This document shows, in pieces, positions 1-13,555 of a stretch of 64,000 nt of DNA (positions are counted from its first letter, which is position 1; every line of letters begins with the position of its first letter). This DNA is from Tricharina praecox (lineage: Eukaryota): positions 2,356,001 to 2,420,000 of the forward strand of contig NW_026250404.1 of the NCBI RefSeq assembly GCF_024521635.1, written 5' to 3'. The position numbers and the translations under genes are program-made. Below the pieces are notes generated by a model. That model was not told the origin of the DNA, ran no database searches, and saw only the letters and a list, made by a program, of their open reading frames with translations.

Positions 1-850
1 GTACCTGACGGAAGAGGAGCGCCAATTCTGCATCAAGCGCCTGGGCCGCGAGGCCGAAGCCACCGCGAGCGCCCGCCAATTCCACTGGACCGACGTCAGG
101 AAGTGCTTCACCGACTGGAAAACGTACTTCTTCGCCGCGGCCCTGTTCGGCATGGACACGATGCTCTACGGCTACTCCACCTTCCTCCCAACCATCATCA
201 AGAGCATCGGCGGCACCGCCTGGAGCAACGCGCAAGTGCAAGCGCTGACCATCCCCTGCTACGCCCTGGGCGCAATCACCTACCTGATCGTCGCGCGGCT
301 TTCCGACCGCCACCAAAAGCGCGGGCTATACACCATCATCTTCGCGGCAGTTTCCATGATCGGCTACGGCGTCCTCCTCGCCGACGCCTCCGCCGGCGTC
401 CACTACTTCGGCTGCTTCCTCGTCGCCATGGGGCTGTACGTAGCTGTCGGCCTGCCGCTCGCCTGGCTGCCGAACAACTCCCCACGGTACGGAAAGCGTA
501 CGGCCGCCACGGGGTTCCAGCTCACGTGCGGCAACGCCGCCGGCGTCATGGCCCCGTTCCTATATCCGAATACCGACGGCCCAAGATTCACAAAGGGCCA
601 CGCGGTGAGCCTGGCCATGGTCGGGTTCGCCGCAGTCATGTATTCCATCCTATGGGCGGCGCTCGCGAAGTTGAATCGTGACCGCGAACAAGGGAAGGAG
701 GACTGGAAGCTCGAGGGGAAGACGTGGGAGGAGGTCGCGGAGATGGGTGATGAGTCGTACGTCTACCTGCTCGCTGTCTATCGAGATCTGGGGAGGATCC
801 AGAGTGCTAATGGGTTGATGTCTAGGCCGAGATATAAATACACCGTCTGA
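1..850 (+). CDS. MFS transporter, allantoate/nicotinate (ACS, Dal5/Tna1-like) family; 5'-truncated by window
   Basis: Hydrophobic TM segments with family motifs (YGYSTFLPTII, QALTIPCY, LSDRHQKRG, AWLPNN..RYGKRTAA); intron 757-825 (GTACGT..GCTAAT..TAG) gives the family-typical end GDESPRYKYTV*. Confidence 0.9.
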   Translation, partial: YLTEEERQFCIKRLGREAEATASARQFHWTDVRKCFTDWKTYFFAAALFGMDTMLYGYSTFLPTIIKSIGGTAWSNAQVQALTIPCYALGAITYLIVARLSDRHQKRGLYTIIFAAVSMIGYGVLLADASAGVHYFGCFLVAMGLYVAVGLPLAWLPNNSPRYGKRTAATGFQLTCGNAAGVMAPFLYPNTDGPRFTKGHAVSLAMVGFAAVMYSILWAALAKLNRDREQGKEDWKLEGKTWEEVAEMGDESYVYLLAVYRDLGRIQSANGLMSRPRYKYTV

Positions 851-1331
851 ATATGTAGAGAATGATAGGTTATGAGGTTATGTTTTCATTGTGGAGGCTG
901 TACGATTACGGTGGTCTTTTCTTCGCTGTACCATGGTTATATAGGAAGGTATCATGTGAGAGTGCAAATACTATAGATTGTCACTGGCAACTGGTTACTG
1001 CACATCTGCGACTTCTGGAATCACGGCCGGAAGCTTTGACAATAGTACCGGTAGTTATTGTCACTACTGCGCTTTCGCATGTACCCCCAAACAGCCGCGA
1101 CAACTACCTACCTCCTGCTGCTCCGGCTGCTCCTCGCCTATCTAGATTCTATCGATGTTGCTTCCCGGCCCTTGCGTCCCATAACCACTCCACATCCAAG
1201 CAGAGTATTTACCGTCAATATACCCGCCGTCCGATCCCATCCCACCCCATCCCATCTACGCCTCAATACTACGTAATGGCCCCTCTCCCCCGGTTATCCT
1301 CACCGGACCCGTCATCCAAACTTCCCATCCC

Positions 1332-4300
1332 ATGACGCGAAAGGCAGACAAGCAACACAAAAGCCTTCTTCGCACCCTGCCCAGTGCCCCGCATCCCTGC
1401 CGACCCTGCATGACGCCCGCTCACCACTCCCCAAAAACCGTAACGATATGCATGCCGCGCCGCGCCGCGCCGCGCCTTCAGGGTTCGTGAGGCTCACGTT
1501 GATGGTTGCCTACCTATGCTATCCGCGGACGGAGAGGCACAGCAGTAGTCGTAGAAGTAATACATAGAAGTAGTCGCGTGCGTGACCGAGAGAGAACGCA
1601 GGACAAAACCCGCACCCCCTCCGAGTCTCCGTCCATCCTCATCCGTCGGTCGCAACCCACGCACACAGACGCACACGCACACGACGACGTTGACTCCTGT
1701 TGTTCCGGACACGATACACGATGCACACCCGCACCAGCACCGGCAACACGCTCGACGGCCCCGGCGGCGCCGGCGGAGGCGGACTGTCGCGCACCAGCTC
1801 CTTCGCGACTCGCAGCACTGTCGGTATGGCTCACCGAGCTAAACCCCCCAGATCCCCCGAATCTAGGTGAGCTGCACCGCTGACAGCAGGCAGATATGGG
1901 CGGCGTCAAGCCAAGGCTGTCGTTACCGACGAAACGTGGGTCTCCCTCCCCCGATGTGTGGCTGCGGTGTGGGCTGGGCTAAATAATGGGGTGTAGTCGG
2001 ACGCGATCGCAGTCCAGGGCTCCAGTGGCATAGAGAGTACACGCCTGCAACGTGTAAGGGGCCGCGATGCTTGATGGTTGATTACGTGCGGAAAGGTACG
2101 TTGTTGCGGCGTGCGTATGTGTGCGTGTGTGGATTGCCAAGGGGGGTGGCTGATGGCTGGCAACAGAGGCGGGGGGCAGGACGCGGAAGGTCATCGCGGA
2201 AGAGATCCAGGACATGGCGGCACTGAAGGGGGTGTATTCGCGGGTAAGTTACTCTGGTCCGGCAGCCGAGGGGGATGTGGGGTTGGCGTTGAGCGGAAAC
2301 AGCAGGGCGGCAGAAACGAGGAGACGGACCTGCGGCTATTCCACGTGCAGAACTGGCCGCAGGCCGCACAATTCATGATCCGCAAGTTCCGGCTCGACGA
2401 CGACGAGGCGCTGACAGGCCAGCCGGGCCTGGCCGAGTGGATCCTGCAGAAGAAGCCGCGACGGCGCGCGGGAAAGCCGCTGCTCGCGGCCAAGGCCTGG
2501 AAGGTCTCGAGTGATCCGTGGAGACGCGTCACGAAATGCGCGGCGGGCCTGGACATCATGAAGCGGTATCCGTGCGGGGATCTCGACAACCCGCAGATGG
2601 AGACGGAGAAGCCGACGTGCGTGACGGGGCTGATGGGGTTCGACGCCGAGGACCAGCCCGTGCTGCACTCGAACGTGTTCGCGCAGCGCACCGCCATCTA
2701 CGTGCAGTACTCGCACACGATCCTGCAGACCCCCGGCCCGGAACTGGTTAGTCCCTATGGCCCCAACATCCCCGAGCGCTTCGACAACGGCAACACCATC
2801 ATCATCTTCGACAACTCGGACTCGCACAGCATCTACGACACGCTGATCGCCGCGCGCGGGGAGTGGGAGTCGCGGTGGCGCCGCCTGCCGTTCTACATCA
2901 ACACGCTCCTCCCGGACCCCGAGCAGTCCGAGGAGCAGATGACCGGCGACTGCATGCGCACCATCACCCAGGACTTCTTCAAGGCCGTCGCGGAGAACTG
3001 GGACGAGCTGCTGGACGCCAGCTGGGATCACGTGAGCATCCTCGAGGACAAGATCTACGAGAACCCGGCGGACGAGTCGCGGGCCGGCGAGCTGTGGAAG
3101 AATGCGGCAAAGTGGCGTGCGTGGCTTTCTGTCCGAATTTTCGAGACGACTGCTGACGGCTGGTAGTGGTGTACGAAAAACTCATGTATGGCCACCAGGA
3201 CGTCGTCAACGACATGAGGAAATACCTCGCCGAGCTCGACGGCGATACTGGCGATGAAGGACAGTGGCTTAAGGATACGCCCGTCGACTTTGTCAGGTTG
3301 GGCGCACTCATCGATGATGATCTGGCTAAACGCACCAACAACCTATCCGAGCTCGTATGTACTCCCATCGTTCCCTATGGCGATTATTCCACTCACTAAC
3401 CCGTATATAGATGTATAAATCCGTAGGCATCCGCGACTCAAGGGAATCACTGCGACTAGGCGCAAGCATGTGGCGATGTGAGTATCCACAGCAAGCCCAT
3501 TCGCCCACTCGGATTTGCTAACCCCATCTTCTAGTGTCGTGGATCACCTTCATCTTCCTCCCACTGTACGTCCGTCCCTTTCCCCCCCCTAGAAAGAACC
3601 ACCACTAACAACCGCAGCACCTTCCTCGTCTCCTTCTTCGGCATGAACGTGGACACCTTCGCCTCAAACCCCAGCATAGCATGGTACTTCATCACGGCGG
3701 TCCCCTTCATGATCCTCGTATTGATCCTCTGGTACGCACTAAAACACTGGTTCGCCAAATCTCGACAACAGCCCTTACAACGCGGGGCTTACGAGGCGCT
3801 ATTTACGTCGCTGCAATCCCGCCGCCCCGACATCTGGACGCGGCAGGGCCCACGGGAGTACATCCTCCCGCGCGGCCGCGCGAGCCGCTGGAAGTGGGCG
3901 CTCATAAAGCGGTGGACGACGGGCGACGCGATTCCGCGCGCTGCGGGCGCTGATACGGCTGACGACCAGCCGATCGGCCAGTGGAATCGCTGCAAGAGAT
4001 ATCTGATCGAGAAGTGGACCAGCGAGATTAGGATCGAGCCGCGCGGGAAGCTGGGGGAGGTGGAGGCGCCAGATACGCAGATCGTCGAGGCCCTTCTGCC
4101 ACAGGCTAGGGTCGCGGCTGCCCCCGCCCTGCCGGTTATGACCGTCCATGAGGATGAGGAGGAGGCGCAGAGTGTCGACGCGGATCCGAATAGGAACTCC
4201 GGGGTGTTGGTTGAGGAAAGGGTTGATGGCACTGGGTGGGTGGGGACGGGGGAGGAGGAGGGGAGATTGGGCGTTAAGGGCGTGGACTGGGCGGGGAAGA

Positions 4301-4347
4301 GGGGGCGGAGCAGTGAGGAGGAGGGGGAGAGGCGGGGGGAGGAGTGA
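1332..4347 (+). CDS. CorA-like Mg2+/divalent-cation transporter family protein, multi-exon; start codon uncertain
   Basis: Spliced C-terminus LSWITFIFLPLTFLVSFFGMNV (CorA GMN signature) followed by second TM (WYFITAVPFMILVLILW); frame-consistent GT-AG introns link ORF pieces 1506-1823, 1890-1935, 1998-2096, 2306-3116 and onward. Confidence 0.7.
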
Positions 4348-7300
4348 GGAGTGAGGAGAATTTAGTGGTGGTGGTGGGAGTGGAACAGCCCGGGGATTTG
4401 GAGATGTAGTGACATTTGTTTGGGGATATCATGCATCGGTGACTGAGAATGGCACTTCTTTGGTTACATGGCGCTCAGAATAATGGCGACGTTCGGTCTC
4501 GGCGAGGATATACCATAGTATAGAGTGATAGATTAATCGATCGATGAGAGAGTAACAAGGCAGGATGGGTGACGGAGTAGACTCAGTAGATCATTAACGA
4601 CGAAGCCGTAAGCCTTCGTGAAAAGTGAAAAGAAATGCAAGTTCTTGGGGAGGAGGAGGAGCCCAGCGAGCGAGTGATCGCACTGAATGCCAATAACTAC
4701 ATCGTCCGGAAGGGGAAGGGGCACTCGCAAGATGTATCGAATATGGATTGAAGGAGGACCACGCTATCCATAGTAGATTCACGGAGAACCTATCCATAGC
4801 ACTAGGTAGTAGGTATAATAATACCTCCACGCCATGCCGAATCGTACAGTCGAGGACGAAAGCTCCGGTCCGGGGAACTACGCGGTCTCCGGTCTCCGAA
4901 TCGCTGCATCGCTGAATCGCTGGCCGTTGCCCAGCCGCATTACCTTGCATGCATACTCCCCAACCCTCGTCTTTTGCCATCCGTCGCCTTTTCTCGCCTT
5001 TTCTTGCCATGCGCTGCTATGCGCGGTCAGCATAGACGGTGTAGTCGGTGTAGACGGCGTGGTTCAGTGTGTGGTTCAGTATGGTTCAGCGTAGTTCAGT
5101 GTGGTTCAACATGGTCAGTGTGGTTCGGTGTGGGGGCGGGAGTGGGGCGGGAGTTCTGGGGAGTGGGGCGCCGAGGGGGTGCAAGCGCAGTCTGTCTGCC
5201 CGCTTGCCTGCTGGTGGCGGCGGTGAAGAAAGTCTGGCAAAAGTCTGGCATGTGGCTTTGCGTGGTTGCCGCCCTTGTGGGAGTGGGGGAGTGTTCTAGG
5301 TATGTAGGTCCTAGGTCCTGGGTCCTTCGTCGGGCAGGCGTACTCACTGGTTTGTACGTCTCGGGTCCTCTCTCGGCGGGTGGGCGGGGCGAACTGAACA
5401 GTGGGTACAACTATCTGCACTGACTGCATTGGGGAGCTTGAGAGTCCGGACTCGGAATATCTAGTACGAGTGCGTGCGCATGAGGCACCGAAGGGGAAGT
5501 GGGGGCTTTCGCTGGTGGCCAATTCGGGATGAGAGGTCCCCCGATGTGGAGTGCCTAGATACTAGGTATATACCTATATGCCCACTTTAGAGGATGGCAG
5601 AGACGGGCTCTATGAAGTCTCAGTTGTCGAGTCCAGGGTAAAGTTATGCATACTTATGTTCACCTATGTATAGTTAGTAGGTAGCCTTCGATCGAACACT
5701 TCCGCGGTAGTTGATGTTCGAATGCGGGATTTAAGACCTCGAGCTTGCCGTCCCCCTATTTCCAAATATTAGCCCTGTAACTACCCAAGCGTACGGTAGG
5801 TAGATACTAGTAGAAGTGGCGATCTCCTCTCCCACGGGATGTCCACACACCCCGAGACAGCCCAAGACAGCCCGAGCCCGCCCGCTGGTCAAACATTTCA
5901 GACCTTTCAGACATTCCAGACATTTCCATCCGGCCGCAAGCGGTGTCGGGTCGGTAAAGTTCTCCGAGACGGATGGAAACGGCCTACCGTGTATTGTACA
6001 TTGGACTGTACACCATTCACTGTGCACTGTCTACCGTGTAAAGTGTACCTCGCAGTGAGCACATCGGACTATTCACTGTGTACCGTCAACCTAGCATATC
6101 GGGCACTGCATCGGTACCTATTAGCCATCCGCTGGTAGGCAAGGCGGACATGAGTTTGACTTGACTGGACGCTTCGATACAAGCTTTTAATACTGCCGCT
6201 ACTTATGCTGCCGATTATGATGCTGGCGGGTGATGATGATGCTGACCAGACCCTCGTGTCCCAAACACGATGCACACACATGGTGGTGGTGGGGGTGGTG
6301 GTGGTGGTGGCGATGTTGTCGTGCAAAATCCTCAAACATGACCACTCGCCGGCCGCGGTGGTAGGCAGATACATGTTTATTAAACACTGCGGCGAGCGTA
6401 CAAAGAGGGGGTTGCTGCGGGGTTTATTGTGCCGGAGCGTCTCCTCTACCCCATAAGATAGATCTGGACTTCATTTCGTGCCTGCTGCGGGACTGCACGA
6501 TCCAATTCGTACGGTTGGTTGGTTGATCTCACATTTCACAACTCACAATTTGTAGAGCACATATGGCCGAGCGGGGAAACATGCTGCAGTTGCGGTTGCG
6601 GGAGGATATGTAGGATGTTTCGGAACCTCCGACAGATGCTCCGCTGGAGCAGAGTGACGTCGGCGTGCAGGATGTTCGTCCGGTCCTTTGAGTCCTCCAC
6701 GGCCGCCAGGGTGGGCGGACTGTTCCGAAGAGAAGAGAAGAGAAGATGCGGTCTCGAACCATTTCTGGAAAACACGACGGACTGGCAGCTAGTAGGCAGG
6801 CAGTCTCCAACTTGTGGTATGATATGTTCTCCTCCAGCTGGTCAGTCAGTAGTCGGCCACACCTCTACGGCAGATCCCGTCAAAGTTCCAGTTGGACAAT
6901 CAGACCGTGACAATGCCGGCCATTCCGACTGGCAGCGGTGGTCTTCGTTCGTTCCTCCCGGCCCGTGCTAGGGCTGTAAAGTCGTAGGTTTGTATTCGCT
7001 TTCGGTAGGTACACGCCCGATCTGCTGATGTTTCTTGGTATAGACAAAATGCCCGTAGGCCGTAGCATACCTAGTATCGCAATAGTAGAGTACAGGAGCA
7101 TTTCCACGGAAGTTTTTTCTCTTGGTCGAGCGCGGTGTGTTGGACGGCCTACGCATATAGTAGTAGGTAGGTGGAGTGCTAGTTACCGTAGTAGTTACAG
7201 GGCTTGCTTGGGACGCCAGCACGGAAGCGTGCTACGATAAGGAACTTTATCCTCACATCACGTCCTCCGCATGGTTAGTTAAGCCGGGCCGAACCTGCGC

Positions 7301-7417
7301 TCTCGGCGATCGCAATCGTTTTCTCCGCAGCAGCAGCAGCAGCTGAAGTGAAGTCGATCCGCATCGGTAATTATTCTGCGGCATGCAGCAAGTGCACCAC
7401 TCGATCAACTAAAGTGC

Positions 7418-7510
7418 AAACCGCAAACCGCAAACCGCAAACCACAATGGCAATTGCAAACCGCAAACCGCAAATCGCACACCGCACACCGTAAATTGCA
7501 ACCCGCAAAT
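7418..7510. repeat. Degenerate heptamer tandem repeat (AAACCGC)n
   Basis: caaaccgcaaaccgcaaaccgcaaaccac...caaaccgcaaaccgcaaatcgcacaccgcacaccg visible directly. Confidence 0.85.
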
Positions 7511-9975
7511 CGGCAGGATCCGACGTGCGAAGTGAAGCATCATCGGCGCAGAGTGAAGTGTCTCCGCGAGTGCCGGTGCTGATCGCCCGACCATGCTTTT
7601 TCTTAACCACTCCCTCCCTTGGCGGCTCCCGCCAGCAACAACATGGCCATCCATCCTTGCAGCAGCTCCGCTTAGTTAGGCGGGTTGGCTCGCAAGTGCG
7701 GACGACGGACGAGACGAACCCAAAGTCTGACGAAAGCGGTGGTGGTGGAGACGCATCATGCAGGTGCTCCTCCCCCCCCCCCCCGAAATCCACGAGGAGC
7801 TTGGGAAGTGTCTATCGCCTCCCCCCTCTCCCTCCTTCAAACGAACCATACTCTGTCTCTCGCTGCACAGACACGCCCACCCACGAGCTTGCTTCCCCCC
7901 CCCGCCCATCGACTGACGAGTCTCATTCACCATCCCGGAAAAGAAAGGAAAAGAAAAGAAAATACAGCTCTCGCCGTCAAGGTCTTGGAACCCGCCTCCA
8001 CTTGCTTGTCGAGAACTACCGACGATCTCTCGACACGTGCTGCGAAATCGGCGGGGCGGGCGTGGGCTGAAAGACAGGTCAGATCAGTAACCACTTCACA
8101 TCACGGATTTCTCCGTTCGGGACACTTCTTTACGGGTATCAAACTCACGCGCAGAGAAATCATCAGAGCTCTCCGTCATTCTCCCTCCCGATACTCGGAA
8201 CTACAACGAATATACCCCGCCCCCGAATGACCCATCGAGACCAAATAGGTACTCTACTATAGGTAGGGTCATCTACGAACCGAGTCCTCACAGTTACCAC
8301 ATAACATTACCGCAACTGACTGCTCCATAGTACAGACCGGCAAGAAGGAGCCGTAATTACCACCCAAGTATCCATTCACCTACGTTGCTAGAGTAGTTCG
8401 CATTCTCGATCCTACCTGACGACGTCACGCCGGGCGCCCGCATAACGTATCCACCGCCCTACTTTTGCCTTCGAGACTTTTCCGATTTCTGGAATCTGTT
8501 GAGGACTTCATCGGTGCGCATGCCCTAGTAAAGAAAGTAGGTACACATAGGTCGTTTTTCTTTTTTCTTGCTTCTTTTTCGAGCACTCTCATTCCTTTTT
8601 CCTCCCTTTCCCTACCCATTGCTTCCTCGGCCCGCAGCAATTGTCGCACAGGAGAGAGACGGTTCAGACTGTTATTCTTGTTGCTGTCTCGGATTATCAA
8701 GCGGTACCGCAAGGATCGCCATGGTGAATACAGCTGTTTTTTTCTTTCTTTTCTTTCTTTCCTTTTTCACCGCTTCTTTTCGGCTCACAGATGCCTGCCT
8801 GTCTTCGTACGTCGGCTGTTTGGCCTCGTTGTGAGGCGAGTATCTTGAGCGCCGTGCATCCATCCCCGTGCTAGGCCGAACCCGTGGGTGAGAACCCGAT
8901 GATTTGTTGGATATATATGTCTCGGGTGTGATTGTGACTTCGAGTCGAGTGGGACATCCTAGAGCCGAGAAGCCCACTCGACAATGGCTGGTCCACTCGA
9001 CTCCACCACCACCTAGAGTACATACACTACCTACCACGCAGCAGCTGCGTGGCCTGACATATGCACTCTGTCCCTAGGCCTTCAAACAAACCCGCAGTAC
9101 CTATCTGCGAGCAGGACGCAACTTGCAGTAGCAAGAAAGTTAAAACACATTCTGGTCAATCTGACGGCACTGACAGTGGTCTATCTGCAGATCTGGACTA
9201 TCAGCGATATCGGATCCGAGTACCGGTGCCTTGCAACTTGGGGTAACTAATACCTACGTGGAAAGAGAAAAAAAAAAGTCCCGACAAAAGCCACCGGGAG
9301 AGCAAAGCAAAGCAGAAGGCACGCACGCACGCACGCACTCATCCCCCGCACAGAAGATCCCCCCCGCGCCACGCCGTACACGCAGCGTACACACTCGTAT
9401 CTCCACTTGAACCCCACCTGTACATACCTCAGCCTTCCCTTCGAGGTCGGATGCAAACGGACTCGTTGACTGTGGGACTAGACTGTACGAATCAATTGGC
9501 CCCAGGCAGCAACAACAGTCGACTTGCAGGGGAGAAGTCTATCAGCGGCAGCTACTCTGCTCAAGAGTCGGGTTTCCCAGAGAAGTGCTGGTGCGTTCTT
9601 TGAGTGCACAGGCGGTACAAACATATCGGGTCCAGATCTGCTTGCCTGCTTGCCCGCCGGACACCGTACCGTACCGTAGGCTTGGTTGTAGGTTCCACTG
9701 TTCCCTTTTCTCGAGGAGCATCCATGGGGGCCTCTGTGTTGGACACTCCGGGTCTTTGGACCTTATTCATATGGATTCTGCCATTATGTGGTCCATCCTT
9801 ATATATTCCACCCTTCCGTCCTCCTCCGCTCGCCTTCCCTACTTAGCCAGCCAGCCAGCCAGCCATATCTTCTCCCCCATACCTCCCCGGCTTGACCTGA
9901 AGGGCCTCATTCTCCTCGCAATTGACTGCCCCGCCTTGCATTGCCTCGCAATAGATCCAGTTACAACCGACTAAC

Positions 9976-12260
9976 ATGGCAATCTCAAGATTACCCCAGC
10001 GTCCAGAGAAGGCAGTATCACCACCCTCGCCCTCCTCAGAAGTATTCCCAGCAGACTTTGAAGCAAAAACACTCGGCACATCGATCGCCGAGCGGCGGTT
10101 ACGAAGGATGGCAACCATCCAAGATGACGACGAGCGGATGCTCATGCGTATCGGCTACAAGCAGGTAAGCCAGCCACTCCCTCCCTTCGTAATCCCGGGT
10201 CCTGGTGTTGACGCTTGATAGGAATTGCGCCGCGAGTTCACTCGGTGGTCAACGGTTTCGTACGCCATCTCGATCCTGGGCGTGTTGGGCTCAGTCCCTG
10301 CCACCTTCAATGTTCCGATTGCTTCTGGAGGCCCGGCTACAGCCGTTTGGTGCTGGTTCTTTGGTAGTTGCATGGCTATGTGTATAGCAGCTTCAGGTTC
10401 GCATCCACCATCACTACTACTGCCGCCGACGAAGCTCTATTCTAACCAGGTGGGATGGCAGTTTCCGAGTTGGTCTCGGCGTATCCTACTGCTGGTGGGA
10501 TGTATTTTGTCACCAAGCAAGTGGTACCGGAACGGCACGTCCCGATATGGTCGTGGATCGTGGGCTGGTGCAATTTTCTCGGACAGGCGGCTGGTGGTAA
10601 GGCTTCAATATCTATCCCGGACAGAGGTCGGATGCTGAGGGATGCCCAGTTTCGTCATTGGCATACTCGATCTCGCAGATGCTTTTGGCTATGATCAGCA
10701 TGCACTCTCAGTTCGATGGCGACAAATATGCCTTCTCTCCGTGCGTCTCCCCCTCCTACATATCAGTCATCGGTATTGACCCTCTTTCAGGACGGCACTG
10801 CAGACCGTGCTCCTAGCCCTCGCGCTTCTCTGCGCCATGGGCTGCGTTTGCTCGCTCACCACCCGCAGCTTACACAAAATCGTGATATGGTTCGCGCCAA
10901 TTAATGGTTCGTGACTCGTCGTGTGTTGTGCTCTGCTCTCCCAACAGCGCTTGTTTTTATGCGCGGGGTCTGACGCGCATTACATTAGTGCTCGCTTCGA
11001 TTGGGATTTGCATCACGCTGCTGGTCATGACACCCAATAAGCACGATGCCAAGTGGGTCTTCACTCGTATGTTGGCACCACCCAGATTCGTCCGCTGTTG
11101 CTGTTGCTGTTGCTGTTGCTGACGTGGAGGTCGGCGGATAGATACGACTGATGGCTCGGGCTGGGGTAGTAAGGCCTTCTCGTTTCTACTCGGGTATGGG
11201 ATGCATCGAGATGGATTAGGGATGCCGCGAGACTGGATGCTGATGCCAATGTGAATGCAGATTCCTGTCGGTTGCCTGGACCATGACGGACTACGACGGG
11301 ACCACGCAGTAAGTCGTCCTCTCCACTCATTCGCGACACTTCATTAACGCCGCCCAGCATGTCGGAGGAAACGCACGACGCCGCGATCCGCGGCCCCGTC
11401 GCGATCAACACCGCCGTCGTAACCAGCGGGCTGATCGGCTGGATGCTGACGATAACCTTCTGCTTCTGCCTGGGGGACCTGGAGTCGACGATCGCTTCGC
11501 CCACTGGTATGCCAGTGGCGCAGATCTTCCTGAACGCGGCGGGCGTGCGCGGGGCCACTATCATGTGGTCGTTCGTAATCCTGATCCAATTCTTCACCGG
11601 CATTTCCGCGATGCTGGCATGCACACGGATGGCATATGCGTTCTCGCGGGACGGCGCATTCCCGTTCTCCTCGTTCTGGTCGCGCATCAACGCAAAAACG
11701 CACACGCCCATCAACAGCGTGTGGCTCGTCGTGGGCTGCTGCGTGTGTCTCGACCTGATCGGACTGGGCAGCACGCAGACGATTGTGGGGATCTTTAACA
11801 TCACCGCCCCTGCGCTGGACCTCTCCTACGTCGCCGTCATCTTTGCCCGCATTTGGTACTCGGACGAGATTAAATTCATTGATGGGCCGTTTACCCTCGG
11901 TAAGTACGGCCGCGCACTCAATTGGACCGCGATTACTTGGGTCTGCTTCATCAGCGTCGTACTGTTCTTCCCGCCTAGGAAGCCCGTCACACCAGAGAAT
12001 ATGAACTATGCCATTTGTGTAGCCGCGTTCATGGTCGTGTTTGCGGTCGGATGGTGGTGGGCCGGCGCGAGAGAGTATGTTTCCACATCCGGCGTGTTCT
12101 TGGGATCTCTTACTGACGGTGTGGGTGTGGTAGCGTATATACCGGCCCGAGGACGAAGGATGTTATGGACCTGGTGCCGAGCGAGGATACGGAGGAGGAG
12201 GAGGAGGAGGAGGAGGAGACGACAATGGGCTATGGGACCATGGTTAATGATCGGGTGTAG
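9976..12260 (+). CDS. APC-family amino acid/GABA/choline permease (Uga4/Hnm1/Tpo5-like), multi-exon; true start may lie upstream
   Basis: Motifs GYKQELRREF, GGPATAVW, SELVSAYPTAGGMYF, WTMTDYDGTTHMSEET, RMAYAFSRDGAFP, GPFTLG, NMNYA, YTGP; spliced stop at 12258-12260. ATG 9976 sits inside a branch/acceptor-like CTAAC...AAG, so the start is uncertain. Confidence 0.9.
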
Positions 12261-12450
12261 TCGGGTTCGAGGTTCGGGGTGAGTTGGGAGTTTCCTTTTC
12301 TTTTCTGATTTCTTGGGGTGTTATTTGTTTTGTTTTGGAACCTATATGGTATGATACCTACAGCTTGTGTACATGTTATGTTTTTGTTTTGGATATGCCT
12401 GCGGTTTGGATTTTTGGATTTTTTCTGTATTTTTCTGTGGATTTTGGATT

Positions 12451-12506
12451 TTGGATTTACATATGGTCTTGAATTTACATATGGTCTTGGATTTACATAT
12501 GGTCTT
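12451..12506. repeat. 18-bp tandem repeat x3 (GGATTTACATATGGTCTT) downstream of the permease
   Basis: Three near-identical copies read directly. Confidence 0.85.
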
Positions 12507-12985
12507 AGTTCGGTCTTTTTTGGTTGCCCTTTTGGCTGTTGCTGTTGTTTTGTTTTGTTTCGCCGTATATATGGTACCTACTGCATTCAACCGTTGCCGA
12601 GCTTGGTGAAGCTTGAAGACTATCCATCACACCTCTTCCAGTGGCCAGTCTTGCAAATATAGACATGGCATGGATACCCGACGACTTTCTCGGCTCAATC
12701 ACCTTTGTCCTCGACGGCGGCATTCTAGTCAGTGAGAAACCACAAAAGGCAGAAGTATTCCGGGTTCCTCCGTATATACAATTTCCTTATTGTGGATTTG
12801 GTAACCTAAATCATTTCGGTGCTCAGTAGCGAGCTACCTACTAGCTAGTATCTGGATCTAGTTACTCTGGATCTACTGCGTATTCACCAGTAGATACATC
12901 CAAAGTGTAACGACCTCCCATTGCCATTCACATTCATATTCACATTGCCATTGCCATTGCCATTCACATTATTCCTATTCTATCT

Positions 12986-13018
12986 CCCCCCTCCACCCCC
13001 CCCCCCCCCCCCCCCCCC
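12986..13018. repeat. Poly-C tract (C23 core at 12996-13018)
   Basis: Direct homopolymer run between convergent permease and Ariadne genes. Confidence 0.9.
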
Positions 13019-13501
13019 TAACCGTTGCGAGTGCTCCACTATGGTACTGTAGGTTACTGCAGTAGGTATTTCCGTCAACCACAACCGCCGATAGAACCAC
13101 AACCACAATCACCTCACAATCACACAATCACATAATCTCATTCGCCTCCCCACGACTCCCGAGTCCTCAACCTAACTCGATTAAACTCCAAATTCGCAAT
13201 AAATCCATATGGATGACTAGACAAACATGACAAGACAATTCAACAATTCAACAAGCACAATTCACAAAGACAATTCGACAAACGCAATTCACCAATTCCA
13301 CCCTCTATATGCCATAGAAGCAACCACCATCCTACATCCTCGAAAAACAACAACCTCGAAAAACAATAATCCCCCACCATCCTACATCCTCGAAAACAAT
13401 ACCCCCCACCAAACTAACCCCACCCCGCAAGCAACGCAACGCAACGCAAGCAATGCAAACCCCCAGTCTCTCACTACGAATACCAAGTTCAAAACCACAT
13501 G

Positions 13502-13555
13502 AAATGCACACACGAAAGACAAATGCACACACGAAAGACAAATGCACACACGTAA
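13502..13555. repeat. 19-bp tandem repeat x~3 (AAATGCACACACGAAAGAC)
   Basis: Copies read directly. Confidence 0.8.
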
